From the NCBI RefSeq assembly GCF_028641065.1, contig NC_073385.1, positions 21,452,001 through 21,516,000 of the forward strand: a DNA stretch of 64,000 nucleotides, in the 5' to 3' direction. Shown piece by piece: positions 36,291-46,999 of the stretch; position 1 is the first letter of the stretch, and the number at the start of each line of letters is the position of its first letter. Below the pieces are notes generated by a model. The model was given only the letters and a program-made list of their open reading frames with translations. It had not been told where the DNA came from and searched no databases. The stretch is from Leucoraja erinacea (taxonomy: Eukaryota). A program made the translations under genes and the position numbers.

Positions 36291-36899
36291 GGCTACATTT
36301 ATTCTCCATCACTGTGAATAGAGGCATTTAAAAGTCAACCAAATTGGTTAGTCTGGAGACACATAGGTCAAACCAGATTTATTAGACCTGTGATGGATTA
36401 GTTAACCAGATTGGCTTTTTAAAAAAATGTAGCAGTTATATTAATAGATTTAATAGGAATCCGAGGGGTAACTTTTTCACACAAAGGGAGTCAGCTGTTG
36501 TACTAGTTGTGCCACTGCACTGCCCCTGAGACTTTTGTATTTACTTGATGCTAGTCCAGTAACTTAACTGATCAGCTACTCTTCTGTTATCATCCAACCA
36601 GGTCGATATGTAGTTTTAGGTCCACAGCAAATTGTTTAACTCTGACTCGTTCTCTTAAATGTCTCAGTAAAACATTCATCAAATAGATGAACCATGAACA
36701 CCAAGAACATAAGAAAATGAAAATAATGGCACAAAATGCTGGTCTTGTCAACAATGCTGACATCCGATGAGAGAACGAAAAGGAAAACTTTACATGCCTG
36801 TTATTCACTTGTGTTCATCAATAAATCACTATTTGTCTTTCAGAGGAGAACTGATTAGCTTGCTGAACATCGTCAGAAGGAATTAAATCAACTTTCAAC

Positions 36900-37150
36900 A
36901 TTCATAAGTCCATGTGATAGGAGCCGAATTAGGCCATTCGGCCCATCAAGTCTACTCCGCCATTCAATAATGGTTGATCTATCCTTCCCTCTCAACCCCA
37001 ATCTCTTGCCTTCGCCCCATAACCCCTGACTGCCTTACTAATCGAGAATCTATCATTCTCCGCCTTAAAAATATCCATTGACTTGACTTCCGCAGCCGTC
37101 TGTGGCAATGAATTCCACAGATTCACCACTCTCTGACTAAAGAAATTCCT
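36900..37150 (-). mobile_element. CR1 3' end
   Basis: [18 protein letters not shown] in ORF 36992..37222(-). Confidence 0.85.
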
Positions 37151-37265
37151 CAGTTGCAGATGTGAGGTTAAGAACAGTGTGCATCCGAATGACCCCCACT
37201 TGTACATTAGAAAAACAATCAATTTTAGAATTTCTGACGAAGGTGTACACCCAAGTTAATAGGTT

Positions 37266-37524
37266 TGTGAAGGAATGAACTGCAGATGCTGGTTTAAATC
37301 TAAGATAGATACAAAATGCTGCAGGTACTCAGCAGGACACGCAGCATCTCTGGGGAGAAGGAATTGGGTGATGTTTCGGGTTGAGACCCTTCTTCAGACT
37401 AGTTAGGGATAAGGACTAGTTAGACCCAGTCTGAAGAAGGGTCTCGACCCAAATGTCACCCATTCCTTCTCTCCAGAGATGCTGCCTATCCTGCCAAGTT
37501 ACACCAGGATCTTGTGTCTATCTT
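37266..37524. mobile_element. Fold-back Penelope-terminus element with hammerhead-like cores on both strands
   Basis: Arms ...gggtgatgtttcgggttgagacccttcttcagact / agtctgaagaagggtctcgacccaaatgtcaccc...; flanks caagttaataggtt (37252-37265) and caagtgaatagatt (37525-37538). Confidence 0.88.
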
Positions 37525-38199
37525 CAAGTGAATAGATTATTAGAGTTGGAAGCATGCCTCCCACTCTAAACCTCTTGAGCCAACAGTCCACAATGAAGGT
37601 TGCACATGAGGAAAATGCTTCAGATTTTAAGTTGACCACAGGTCTTCTGATTAGCTGGTGACACATTGACATTCATATTAAAGACAAGTTGCAACTATCA
37701 TTCTTTCACAATGATTTCAATATGTTTTATCGTGACTGGAAGGATTCTAATTCCATTTCGATCCTTAACATTGACCGGACAACAAGGAAGAAATTGGCGT
37801 TCCTATTATTTGCATGATATACTGCATCAATGCTTATATGTGGGAATGTGGGAGAGAGAATCAAGAACATTTGAGGTCTTGGCTTATTATTGTCACGTAA
37901 ACCGAATTTGGAAAAAAGTCTCTTGTGTGATCCAGTCAAATCGTGCTGTAAACAATTAAAACAGGAAGTGCAAAGAGAAAAATACCAGAGTGCAGTGTAT
38001 AGTTTTACAATGTTATAGCACCACAGTTTACAGAGAGATTGCAGATGGAAATAAGTGCAATGACCACAATGGGTTAGGTTGTGAGATCAGGAATACACCC
38101 TTAGCTTATGTGAGGGCCGTTCATTCATTTGATAACAGTGGAGCAGCTGTTCCTGTTTCTGGTGGTACACATTTTCAAGCTTTTGAATCAGGAACAGAG

Positions 38200-39095
38200 C
38201 CCCCTCGTCCTCACCTGTCACTCCATCAGCTGTTGCAAACAGCACATCAACTCCAACATTTTCAGCACCTCCAACGGGATCACCCCACTAGCCACATCTT
38301 CCCATCTTCACCCCTTGCCGCTTTCCGCAGAGATTGTTTCCACCACAACACCCTGGTTAACTCATCCCTTCCCACCCAAACCACTCCCTGCCCAGGTACT
38401 TTTCCCTGCAACCGTAGGAGATGTAACACCTGTCCCTATACCTCTTCCCTCGACTCCATCCGAGGACCCCAACAGTCCTTTCAGGTGAGGCAGAGGTTAA
38501 CTTGCACTTCCTCCAACTTCACCTACTGTGTTCGCTGTTCCAGGTGTGGACTCCTATATATCGGCGAGACAAAGCACAGGCTCAGCGGTCGTTTATGGAA
38601 TACCTAAACCTACAAGATCTCCCGGTTGCTAAACACTTTAACTCCTCCTCCCATTCCTGTACTCACCTTTCTGTCCAGGGCCTCCTTCACTGACAGAGTG
38701 AGGCCCAACACAAATTGGAGGCACAGTACCTCATATTTCGCTTGGGCAGCTTACAACCTAGCGGTTTGAATATCGACTTTGCTAACTTCAAGTAACTCTT
38801 GCTCTCTCTCTCGCTCCCTCCCCATCCTAGTTCCATGACCAGTCCGACTGTCCTCCTGATTTTAGCATACAAAAATTTGATCTTTGTATGCTAATTACTG
38901 TCACCTTTACTACATTTCCTAATCTGCATACCCTTTGATGTCTCGTTTTCACTCCTAAATCTTCAATTTCTCTGAGTCTCCCTCTCTCCTGACTCTCAGT
39001 CCGAGGAAGGACCTTGACCCGAAACGTCACCCGTTCCTTCTATCCCGAGATGGTGCTCGTTCCGCTGAGTTACTCCAGCATTTTGTGTCTATCTT
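38200..39095 (+). mobile_element. Penelope-like element 3' part (GIY-YIG + terminal region)
   Basis: CNRRRCNTC...TCTSSNFTYCVRCSRCGLLYIGETKHRL; terminal cccgaaacgtcacccgttcc...ctgagttactccagcattttgtgtctatctt. Confidence 0.9.
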
Positions 39096-39099
39096 TGAA

Positions 39100-39545
39100 T
39101 CTTCTGTCTGACAGGAGAGGAGAGAAAAGGAAATGGGTGTAAATGGTCGTTGATTATGTTGGCTGCTTTCCCGAGGTATAGATTAAGTCGATAGGAGAGG
39201 GGATGGTTTGTGTAATGGACTGGGCTACATCCACAACTCTGAAATTTCTTGCAGTCTTGCCAAACCAAGCTGACATGCATTCTGATAGCATGTTTTCTAC
39301 AGCACATCTGTAGAAATTGGTTAGAGTCATTGGAGACATGCCAAATGCCCTTCGGTTTCTGAGGAAGTAAAGGTGTTACTGTGCTTTCTTGGCTGTGGCT
39401 TCAATGTGGTTGGTCCAGAGCAAATTATTTGTGATACTTCCACCTAAGAATTTGAATCTCTCAACCATCTTAACTTGGGCACCATTGAAGCCGACTGGGG
39501 TATATACGCCACCATCGTTCCTGAAATCAATAACCAGCTCATTGG
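39100..39545 (-). mobile_element. Rex1/Babar-like LINE RT C-terminal fragment
   Basis: MSPMTLTNFYRCAVENMLSECMSAWFG resembles the Rex1 motif LTNFYRCTIESIL..CI.AW[YF]G. Confidence 0.75.
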
Positions 39546-39654
39546 TCTTGTGGCGCAGTGGCAGAGTTGCCGCTTTGCAGCGCCAGAGACCTGGTTTCGA
39601 TCCTGACTGCGGGTGCTATCTGTACAGAAGAAGAAACTGTACATCATGTACTAT

Positions 39655-40025
39655 TAGAAACATAGAAACATAGAAAATAGGTGCAGGAGTAGGCCATTCG
39701 ACCCTTCGAGCCTGCACCGCCATTCAATATGATCATGGCTGATCATCCATGTATCCTGTATCCTGTACATGCCTTCTCTCCATACCCCCTGATCCCTTTA
39801 GCCACAAGGGCCACATCTAACTCCCTCTTAAATATAACCAATGAACTGGCCTCAACTACCTTCTGTGGCAGAGAATTCCACAGATTCACCACTCTCTGTG
39901 TAAAAAATTATTTTCTCATCTCGGTCCTAAAAGATTTGCCCCTTATCCTTAAACTGTGACCCCTTGTTCTGGACTTCCCCAACATCAGGAATAATCTTCC
40001 TGCATCTAGCCTGTCCAACCCCTTA
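39655..40025 (-). mobile_element. Young CR1 3' end
   Basis: tagaaacatagaaacatagaaaataggtgcaggagtaggcc; matches 1-424. Confidence 0.92.
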
Positions 40026-41474
40026 ACAATTAAAAAGGATGTATGATAATTAGGAAACTTGAAGGTTGATCTAGGGTGCCACCGGTATTTTCAAGGATCA
40101 GTTTTATAACCTGTTGTTTAGAAACTGGCCACTGTACTCTACCATGAGAGATTCAACTCTCAACTTCCAAAAGACTTTCAATCATTTCGTAGATAAAAGG
40201 CCTGCTTGTTGAACAATACATTTGACTTGCCTCTCTAAATGTAGTCCCCCCAAAAATGAAGAAGCTTTATGAAACAGAAAGCAATCAATTAACAACTTGG
40301 CTGTAGACAGTGGTCCATCATCTGATGCAATATTTGAGTAAAAATAAAAAATAAACAATCACATGACAAACTATTTCTAAAATGCCTGCATGATTAAAAA
40401 ATATATGATTAATTATCCTTGTTCATCAACTTGGTCCCTGACCATGTTCCTTTGCCTGGTCTGTGACATCTATGTCAGTCTTCAGCTGTTGCTAAGTTGA
40501 TAAGTAGTTATTTACTGGCAATGCAAATGGTCGTGTGAGGCAGCTGAATTGATAGGTAGTTGTTCATTGCCATTGCATGAAGCTACAGATGATTGTAAGG
40601 GGCAGAGGCAGCTCGGGGTCTTGAATGCCCCGTTATGCACTACACCTTGGCTGCTTACTGCTGCAATCTGGGATAACTTGTTCTGCTGGACGTGTAGCAG
40701 AGTCCAAATGCTGTCAATTGGTGAATGGATTGAAACTCGCCCTGGGGCAAAGCTTCTGCAATCTTACTGGAGTATATCATGACATCCTCAAAGCCCCATC
40801 CAACAGTGGAATCCAGTTCCATGGTGTCAGTGATTTAGGCTGGAAGATCAAAAGCCAGAGCACTTGCGAAGTGGATGACCAGTCTGTGCTGCAATGAAAC
40901 CTGATATGTCACCCGGCAGACATTGCAATATGGTAGGGTCTACAAATGTTGTCATCTCTTCCATGGTAGAGAGAGGTGAATGGTATCCTATGTATAGCAT
41001 TGTTACAATCCCTGCCATCAGTGGCGCTCCAGATCTGCCAACTGTTGTGCGCGGGACTCGAAAGTCTGTTTGGGGGGAGGGAGGGTGAGTAAACTACAGG
41101 TTTTTCATTGTTGTCATGGAGGGATTTCCTCTTACAATAAGCTTATGGTGTAGAGGAAATCCCATGGCGGCAGCCATGAATGATCTGTATGTATGTCTGT
41201 GTAAAACGGCCCTTGTTACAAGGCTTATCCATGATCACAGCTTTTGAGTTAAGTCAATAGAAAAACTATAGGGAACAAGATGCTAATTTCCTAGTGTGAA
41301 AATGACCGAAACTTTTTAATACTGAAGATATGAAAGTGAATTAGGTATTATTAAAGGTTTATTTTATGCTTTGTCTGATGGGATAAATTACAGGTTTGAT
41401 TTTTAAAATCTCAAAATTTTGTAACATTTCTACTATGTAGACTTTAATGCAGACTTGACAATGCAATAATCTCA

Positions 41475-41810
41475 TAAATTCATAAATTCTAGGAGCAGAA
41501 TTGGGCCATTTGGCCCATCAAATTGACGCCATTCAATCCTGGGAGATCTATCTTTCCCTCTCAATTTCAGTCTCCTGCCTTCTTCCCGTAAATCTGACAC
41601 TCTTACTAATCAAGAATGTCAATCCACCTTACAAATATTAATTGACGGCCTCCGCAGCCTTCTGTAGCAATGAATTCCACAGATTCACCACCCTCTGATG
41701 AAATAAATTCCTCTTCATCTCCTCTCTAAAGTTATGTCCTTTCATTTTGAGGCTATGTCCTACATAGTGAGACTCTCCCACTAGTGGGAACATCCTCCCC
41801 ACATTCACTC
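41475..41810 (-). mobile_element. CR1 3' end (older)
   Basis: aatgaattccacagattcaccaccctctga...gactctcccactagtgggaacatcc. Confidence 0.8.
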
Positions 41811-42204
41811 TACCTTGGCTTTCTCCACTGTATCTCCTTATTATCTATGGTCTGTTCCATTCTAATCCCTTCCAAGTGCTATGCAGGATTTCTGGCAAAT
41901 GACCCAGCAGCTGCTTTTCTTCTAGCCTGGGTATAAAACTGAATGGACTGAAAGGAAGAAAGAAACAAAAAGAAATGTCCTTTAAAAGGAAATAATCTCT
42001 GAACTAAATTCACATTTGCAATGCTCCCTGTCTACTGTTATTTTCATTCTATGTAAAAAATGTTGGTAACAATTATTTTCTCAGATAATGACCAGACCTC
42101 ACTCTTGCAGTGAGTTTAATGGAGAATTAATGAGCAAATGCTGTTGGAGATGGCAAAGGTGTTGGAGGATTATATGCTGTTGAAGGAGTTGGAGGATTAT
42201 ATGC

Positions 42205-43305
42205 CACCTCCAATGGGATCCCACTACTTGCCACATCTTCCCATCTCCCCCACTTTCTGCTTTCTGCAGAGACCTTCCCTCCGCAACTCCCTGGTCAACT
42301 CATCTCTTCCCACCCTAACCACCCCCTCCCCAGGTACTTTCCCCTGCAACCACAGGAGATGTAACACCTGTCCCTTTACCTCCCCCCTCGACTCCATCCA
42401 AGGACCCCAAGTCTTTTCAGGTGAGGCAGAGGTTCACTTGCACCTCCTCTAACCTTATCTACTGTATCCGCTGTTCCAGGTGTCAACTTCTGTACATCGG
42501 TGAGACCAAGCGCAGGCTCGGCGATCATTTCCCTGAACACCTCTGCTCAGTCTGCCTAAATCTACCTGATCTCCTGGTTGCTTAGCACTTTAAGCTTGTG
42601 GACAAGCTTTTCCCTTTGAGAATAGGGAAGATTCAAACAAGAGGACATGACTTCAGAATTAAGGGACAGAAGTTTAGGGGTAATATGAGGGGGAACTTCT
42701 TTACTCAGAGAGTGGTAGCGGTGTGGAATGAGCTTCCAGTGGAAGTGGTGGAGGCAGGTTCATTGGTATCATTTAAAAATAAATTGGATAGGCATATGGA
42801 TGAGAAGGGAATAGAGGGTTATGGTATGAGTGCAGGCAGGTGGGACTAAGGGGAAAAAAAATTTGTTCGGCACGGACTTGTAGGGCCGAGATGGCCTGTT
42901 TCCGTGCTGTAATTGTTATATGGTTATATGGTTATATGGTTATATGGTTAACTCCCCCTCCTATTCCAAATCTGACCTTTCTGTCCTTCGGGCCTTCTCC
43001 ATTGTCAGAGTGAGGCCCAGCGCAGATTGGAGGAACAGCACCTCATATTTTGCTTGGGTAGCTTACACCCCAGCAGTATGAACATTGACTTCTCTAACGT
43101 CAAATAGCCCTTGCTTTCCCTCTCTCTCTATCCCCTCCCCTTTCCCATTTCTCCCACCAGTCTTACTGTCTCCGACCATTCCATATCTGTCCTGCCCACT
43201 TCCCAGACATCAGTCTGAAGCAGGGTCTCGACCGGAAACATCACCCATTCCTTATCTCCAGAGATGCTACCTGTCCCGCTGAGTTACTCCAGCATTTTGT
43301 ATCAA
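42205..43305 (+). mobile_element. Penelope-like element 3' part interrupted by a CR1 (42594-42949)
   Basis: GIY-YIG region ctgtacatcggtgagaccaagcgcagg (LYIGETKRR); terminal cagtctgaagcagggtctcgaccggaaacatcaccc. Confidence 0.9.
42594..42949 (+). mobile_element. CR1 3' fragment with (ATATGGTT)n tail
   Basis: ORF 42598..42849 KLFPLRIGKIQTRGHDFRIKG...FFTQRVVAVWNELP; ttaa duplicated at both junctions. Confidence 0.92.
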
Positions 43306-43359
43306 CAGTAAATGTTTGATAAGTTAGGGGATATAAATTCACTGTTGGAAAATGTGAAT

Positions 43360-43690
43360 AAGTTCATTAGTCATAGGAGCCGAATTAGGTCATTCAATCA
43401 TGGTTGATCTGTCTTTCCCTCACAACCCCATTCTCCTGCCTTTTCCCTATAACCCTTGACAGCCTTACCCATCAAGAATCTGTCAATCTGTGCCTTAAAG
43501 TTACCAAATGACTAAACCTCCACAGCCATCTGTGCCAATAAATTCCACAGATTCACTATCTGCCTATAGAATTTCCTCCTCATCTCCTTTCTTAAAGTAC
43601 ATCCTTTTATTCTGAGGCTATATCCTCTGAAGCTAGACTCTCCCACTAGTGGAAATATCTTCTTTGCATCCACTAGGCCTTTCACTAGCA
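43360..43690 (-). mobile_element. CR1 3' end (older)
   Basis: Similar to 41475-41810 and 36900-37150. Confidence 0.78.
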
Positions 43691-43692
43691 TT

Positions 43693-44005
43693 GGGGACGG
43701 CCACTATGGCGCAGCGACAGAGTTGCTGCCTTACAGCGTTTGTAGCGCTGGGTTTGATTCCGACTACAGGTGGTGTCTGTACGGAGTTTGTACGTTCTCC
43801 CCGTGAATGCGTGGGTATTCTCTGAGATCTTCGGTTTCCTCCCACACCCGAAAAACGTACAGGTTTATAGGTTAATTGGTTTGCTGTATGTGTAAAAAAT
43901 GTCCCTAGTGTGTGTAGATAGTGTTAATGTGTGGGGAACGCTGGTCGGCGCAGACTCAGTGGGCTGAAGGGCCTGTTTCCATGCTGTATCTCTAAGCTAA
44001 ATTAA
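43693..44005 (+). mobile_element. HE1/V-SINE-like SINE
   Basis: Full-length match to 8471-8779. Confidence 0.85.
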
Positions 44006-45239
44006 AATGCATTTTTACAGAATTCTCACAAACTGCTGAGAAAACTCAGCCGGTCAAGTATCATCAACTATACTCAAGACTGGAGCACAGGTGATGTATA
44101 GACTCAAAGACTCTTCATTGCAAGTTGGACAGGTTGGGAAATGTTATTGTTCAAAGGGAGGGAACGTGGGGAGAGGCAGAAGAAGGTAAAGAAAAGTAAA
44201 AGAAAACAGCTACCACACAAAGGAAAAGAGAAGGAGCAGAGGTCAGGGAACAGATAATGAAACAAAGAGTGGGAAAAAATGGGATGGAAGATATCCCTGG
44301 GATCTGGACTTCACTGGCAAAAGTAGCAAAATAATTGTACTCTGAATAACTTCTTATCAAATCATAGAATTACTAACATTTGGTGATTGATAATTTAGAA
44401 GTCGTCCTAATGGCCTGCTAATTTTGAGAATAAATAAGTAAAACAAATTTCATTATCTGGCTGTAAATTAAAAGTTACATGCATAACTTAAAGGAAATAT
44501 TCATTTGCTCTTTTTTGATTAATTAAGATAATTTGGGAAGATTTTTCATGCAATCAAAATAGTTTTTATTTTTTTGTCTCATGGGACGTAAATTCTCAGC
44601 AATGAGCCGCAGAAAGAGGACGTCATTCTTTCATCAGAAGCAATCAGATGCAGTAAAATATCTGGGAGATGGGGGGGTGAATGTGAAGTCCCTTGGACCG
44701 TGAATACAATAGCCACACGCCAATCGAGAGGTCAGGTTGGTTCACTGTATCATGTAAAACAATGTTTCACTCTGATGTATTATGTAGAAAGAACTGTTCA
44801 CTGCGAAACCATCAGTCATTCAGTCTCTGCTGAGGCATTGCGATAATCTGGACTGTGTCAGTAGTCGTCATAAGCAACTACTTTTATAATATTAACCATA
44901 TTAATACTTGAATACTTCAAAAGGGGTTGAGCGAAGGGGTCATTGAAAGAGAACATTTAGATGACATAGACAGTGCACATTAATGAGCAGCGGCAGGAAA
45001 CTGAATCATCTCATCTAGTCGCCTACAGATTGTTAGCTAGTGATCATTGCTGTCAGAATAACTAACTTGGCAGGCCAACACCCTGTGGCCCAAATACACC
45101 AGAGAGACATTCAATGCTGCATTAAACTCAAATCAGTTTCAGGCATCCAAGGCAACCATTAAAAAGAGATATGCAACCACAGCTGTGCTAATGAAACATC
45201 TAATGGCTACTTTAGGTCATCACGGGAAAGATGGAGCAC

Positions 45240-45550
45240 AGGTAGCAGCACGGTGGAGTAGCGGTAGAGTTGTTGTCTTACCGCGCCAGAAACTCAGGTT
45301 TGATTCCGACTACTGGTGCTGTCTGTACAGAGATTGTACATTCTCCCAATGACCACGTGGGTTTTCCGGGTGCTCCGGTTTCCTCCCACACTCCAAAGAA
45401 GTAGAGGTTTGTAGGTTAATTGGCTTCGGTAAAAAGTGTAAATTTACCCTTGTGTGTCGGATAGTGCTAGTGTAAGGGCCACAGACACGGTGGCTGAAGG
45501 GCCTGTTTCCATGCTATACAGTATCTTTAAACTAAACAAAACTAAACTAA
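45240..45550 (+). mobile_element. HE1/V-SINE-like SINE
   Basis: gcagcacggtggagtagcggtagagttg...ggtttcctcccacactccaaag...(aaact)n. Confidence 0.85.
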
Positions 45551-45864
45551 AAGGTCTGCTCCATTCAAGTTTTGTTGATATCGATATAGCCATGTAATGG
45601 ATATAAGAAAATAAAAATCAAGAGCAGTAGTAGGCCATCTGGCCATTCAAGCCTGCACTGCCATTCATTGAGATCGTGGCTAATCTTCTACCTCAGCACA
45701 ATATTCCAGTACTATCCACATATCAGTCTATTCCCTTAATGCCCAAACATCTATTGATCTCTGCTTTTTATGAATACAATGACTGTCTCCAGTGGAACAT
45801 CCTATGGGTTCACTGCCCCTAAGTGAAGAAATCTCTCCTGGTTTCCCCTGAATTTCAGAACAAC

Positions 45865-46372
45865 TCTGCCCCCACAAGAAAATGCAAAACGTTGTAGATG
45901 TAACCTTGTCCATCACACAGATCAGACACTCCGCCATCGACTCCATCTACACTTTACATTGCATTGGAAAAGCAACCAACATAATCAAAGACTTGTCCTA
46001 CCCCAGTCATTCAAGTCAAGTTCATTCCTTCCTCTTCCTGCTCCCATTGGGCAATAGGTAGAAAGCTTGAAAGCGCACACCACCAGACTCAGGAACAGCT
46101 TCTTCCCCTCTGTTATTGGGCTTCTGAATGGTCCTTTCATAAGCTAGGGTACTGTCCAATTCATCTCTGCCCCATTGCAGACATTGTCTGATGTACTGCA
46201 ATGCTGAGAACTACGCTCTCCATTCTGTTTCTTCCCTCTTGCTCTATTTATTTATATTTGAATTTGACAATTGTATTTATGTATAGTATTATCTGATCGG
46301 ATTGAATAGCATGCAAAGCAAAGCTTTTTATTGCACCATGGCACACATGACAATACTAAACCTAAACCTAAA
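45865..46372 (+). mobile_element. Rex1/Babar-like LINE 3' end
   Basis: accaccagactcaggaacagcttcttcccc (TTRLRNSFFP), ends tgacaatactaaacctaaaccta; homologous to 39100-39300. Confidence 0.72.
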
Positions 46373-46999
46373 ATCTCCTTACTGGTGTATTCTCACGGTC
46401 CTAATGCAATTACAGTTAGATGAATTATATCATTTGAGCATGATGGCCTCATGCAATAAAGGCCAACAAACCATTTAATCTTCTAACTGCTTGCTGGACT
46501 TGCAAAATCAAGTTTGAGTGATTCATATACAAGGCCACCCATTTCACACTGAACACCAATATCTTTTAATCTCTCGCCATTTCAAAGATATTCAATTTTT
46601 CATTTTTTATATTAAACTGGATGACCTAACATATTTTAATATAATTTTCCATCTTACATGTCCATGCCATGCATCTAACCTGTTAATAACCCCCTTACTC
46701 TACTCCTCATGCCGACAGTGCCACCTAGCTTTGTATTGTAAATATTGTAAATAAATCTGGATCTATTGCACTTGATCCTCTCGTCCAAATCATTGACGTG
46801 AATTGTAAATAGGTGAGGCCCCAGCACCAATTCCTACAGCTCATAGCCTCCCAATCTAATAATGATCCGTTTATTCGTACATTCGTTAACCACATGTCAA
46901 TCCACAACAATATACTCTTAATTGATCTAATTTTTAATAGCTCTTGAATGATTCTGAATGCCAGATATATTCAAAAACATTGAAATTCCCTAACAGATT

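Noticed and set aside
37990-38607. 205-aa Cys-rich ORF as a zinc-finger gene
   Set aside because: Chimeric read-through from another repeat into the Penelope GIY-YIG region
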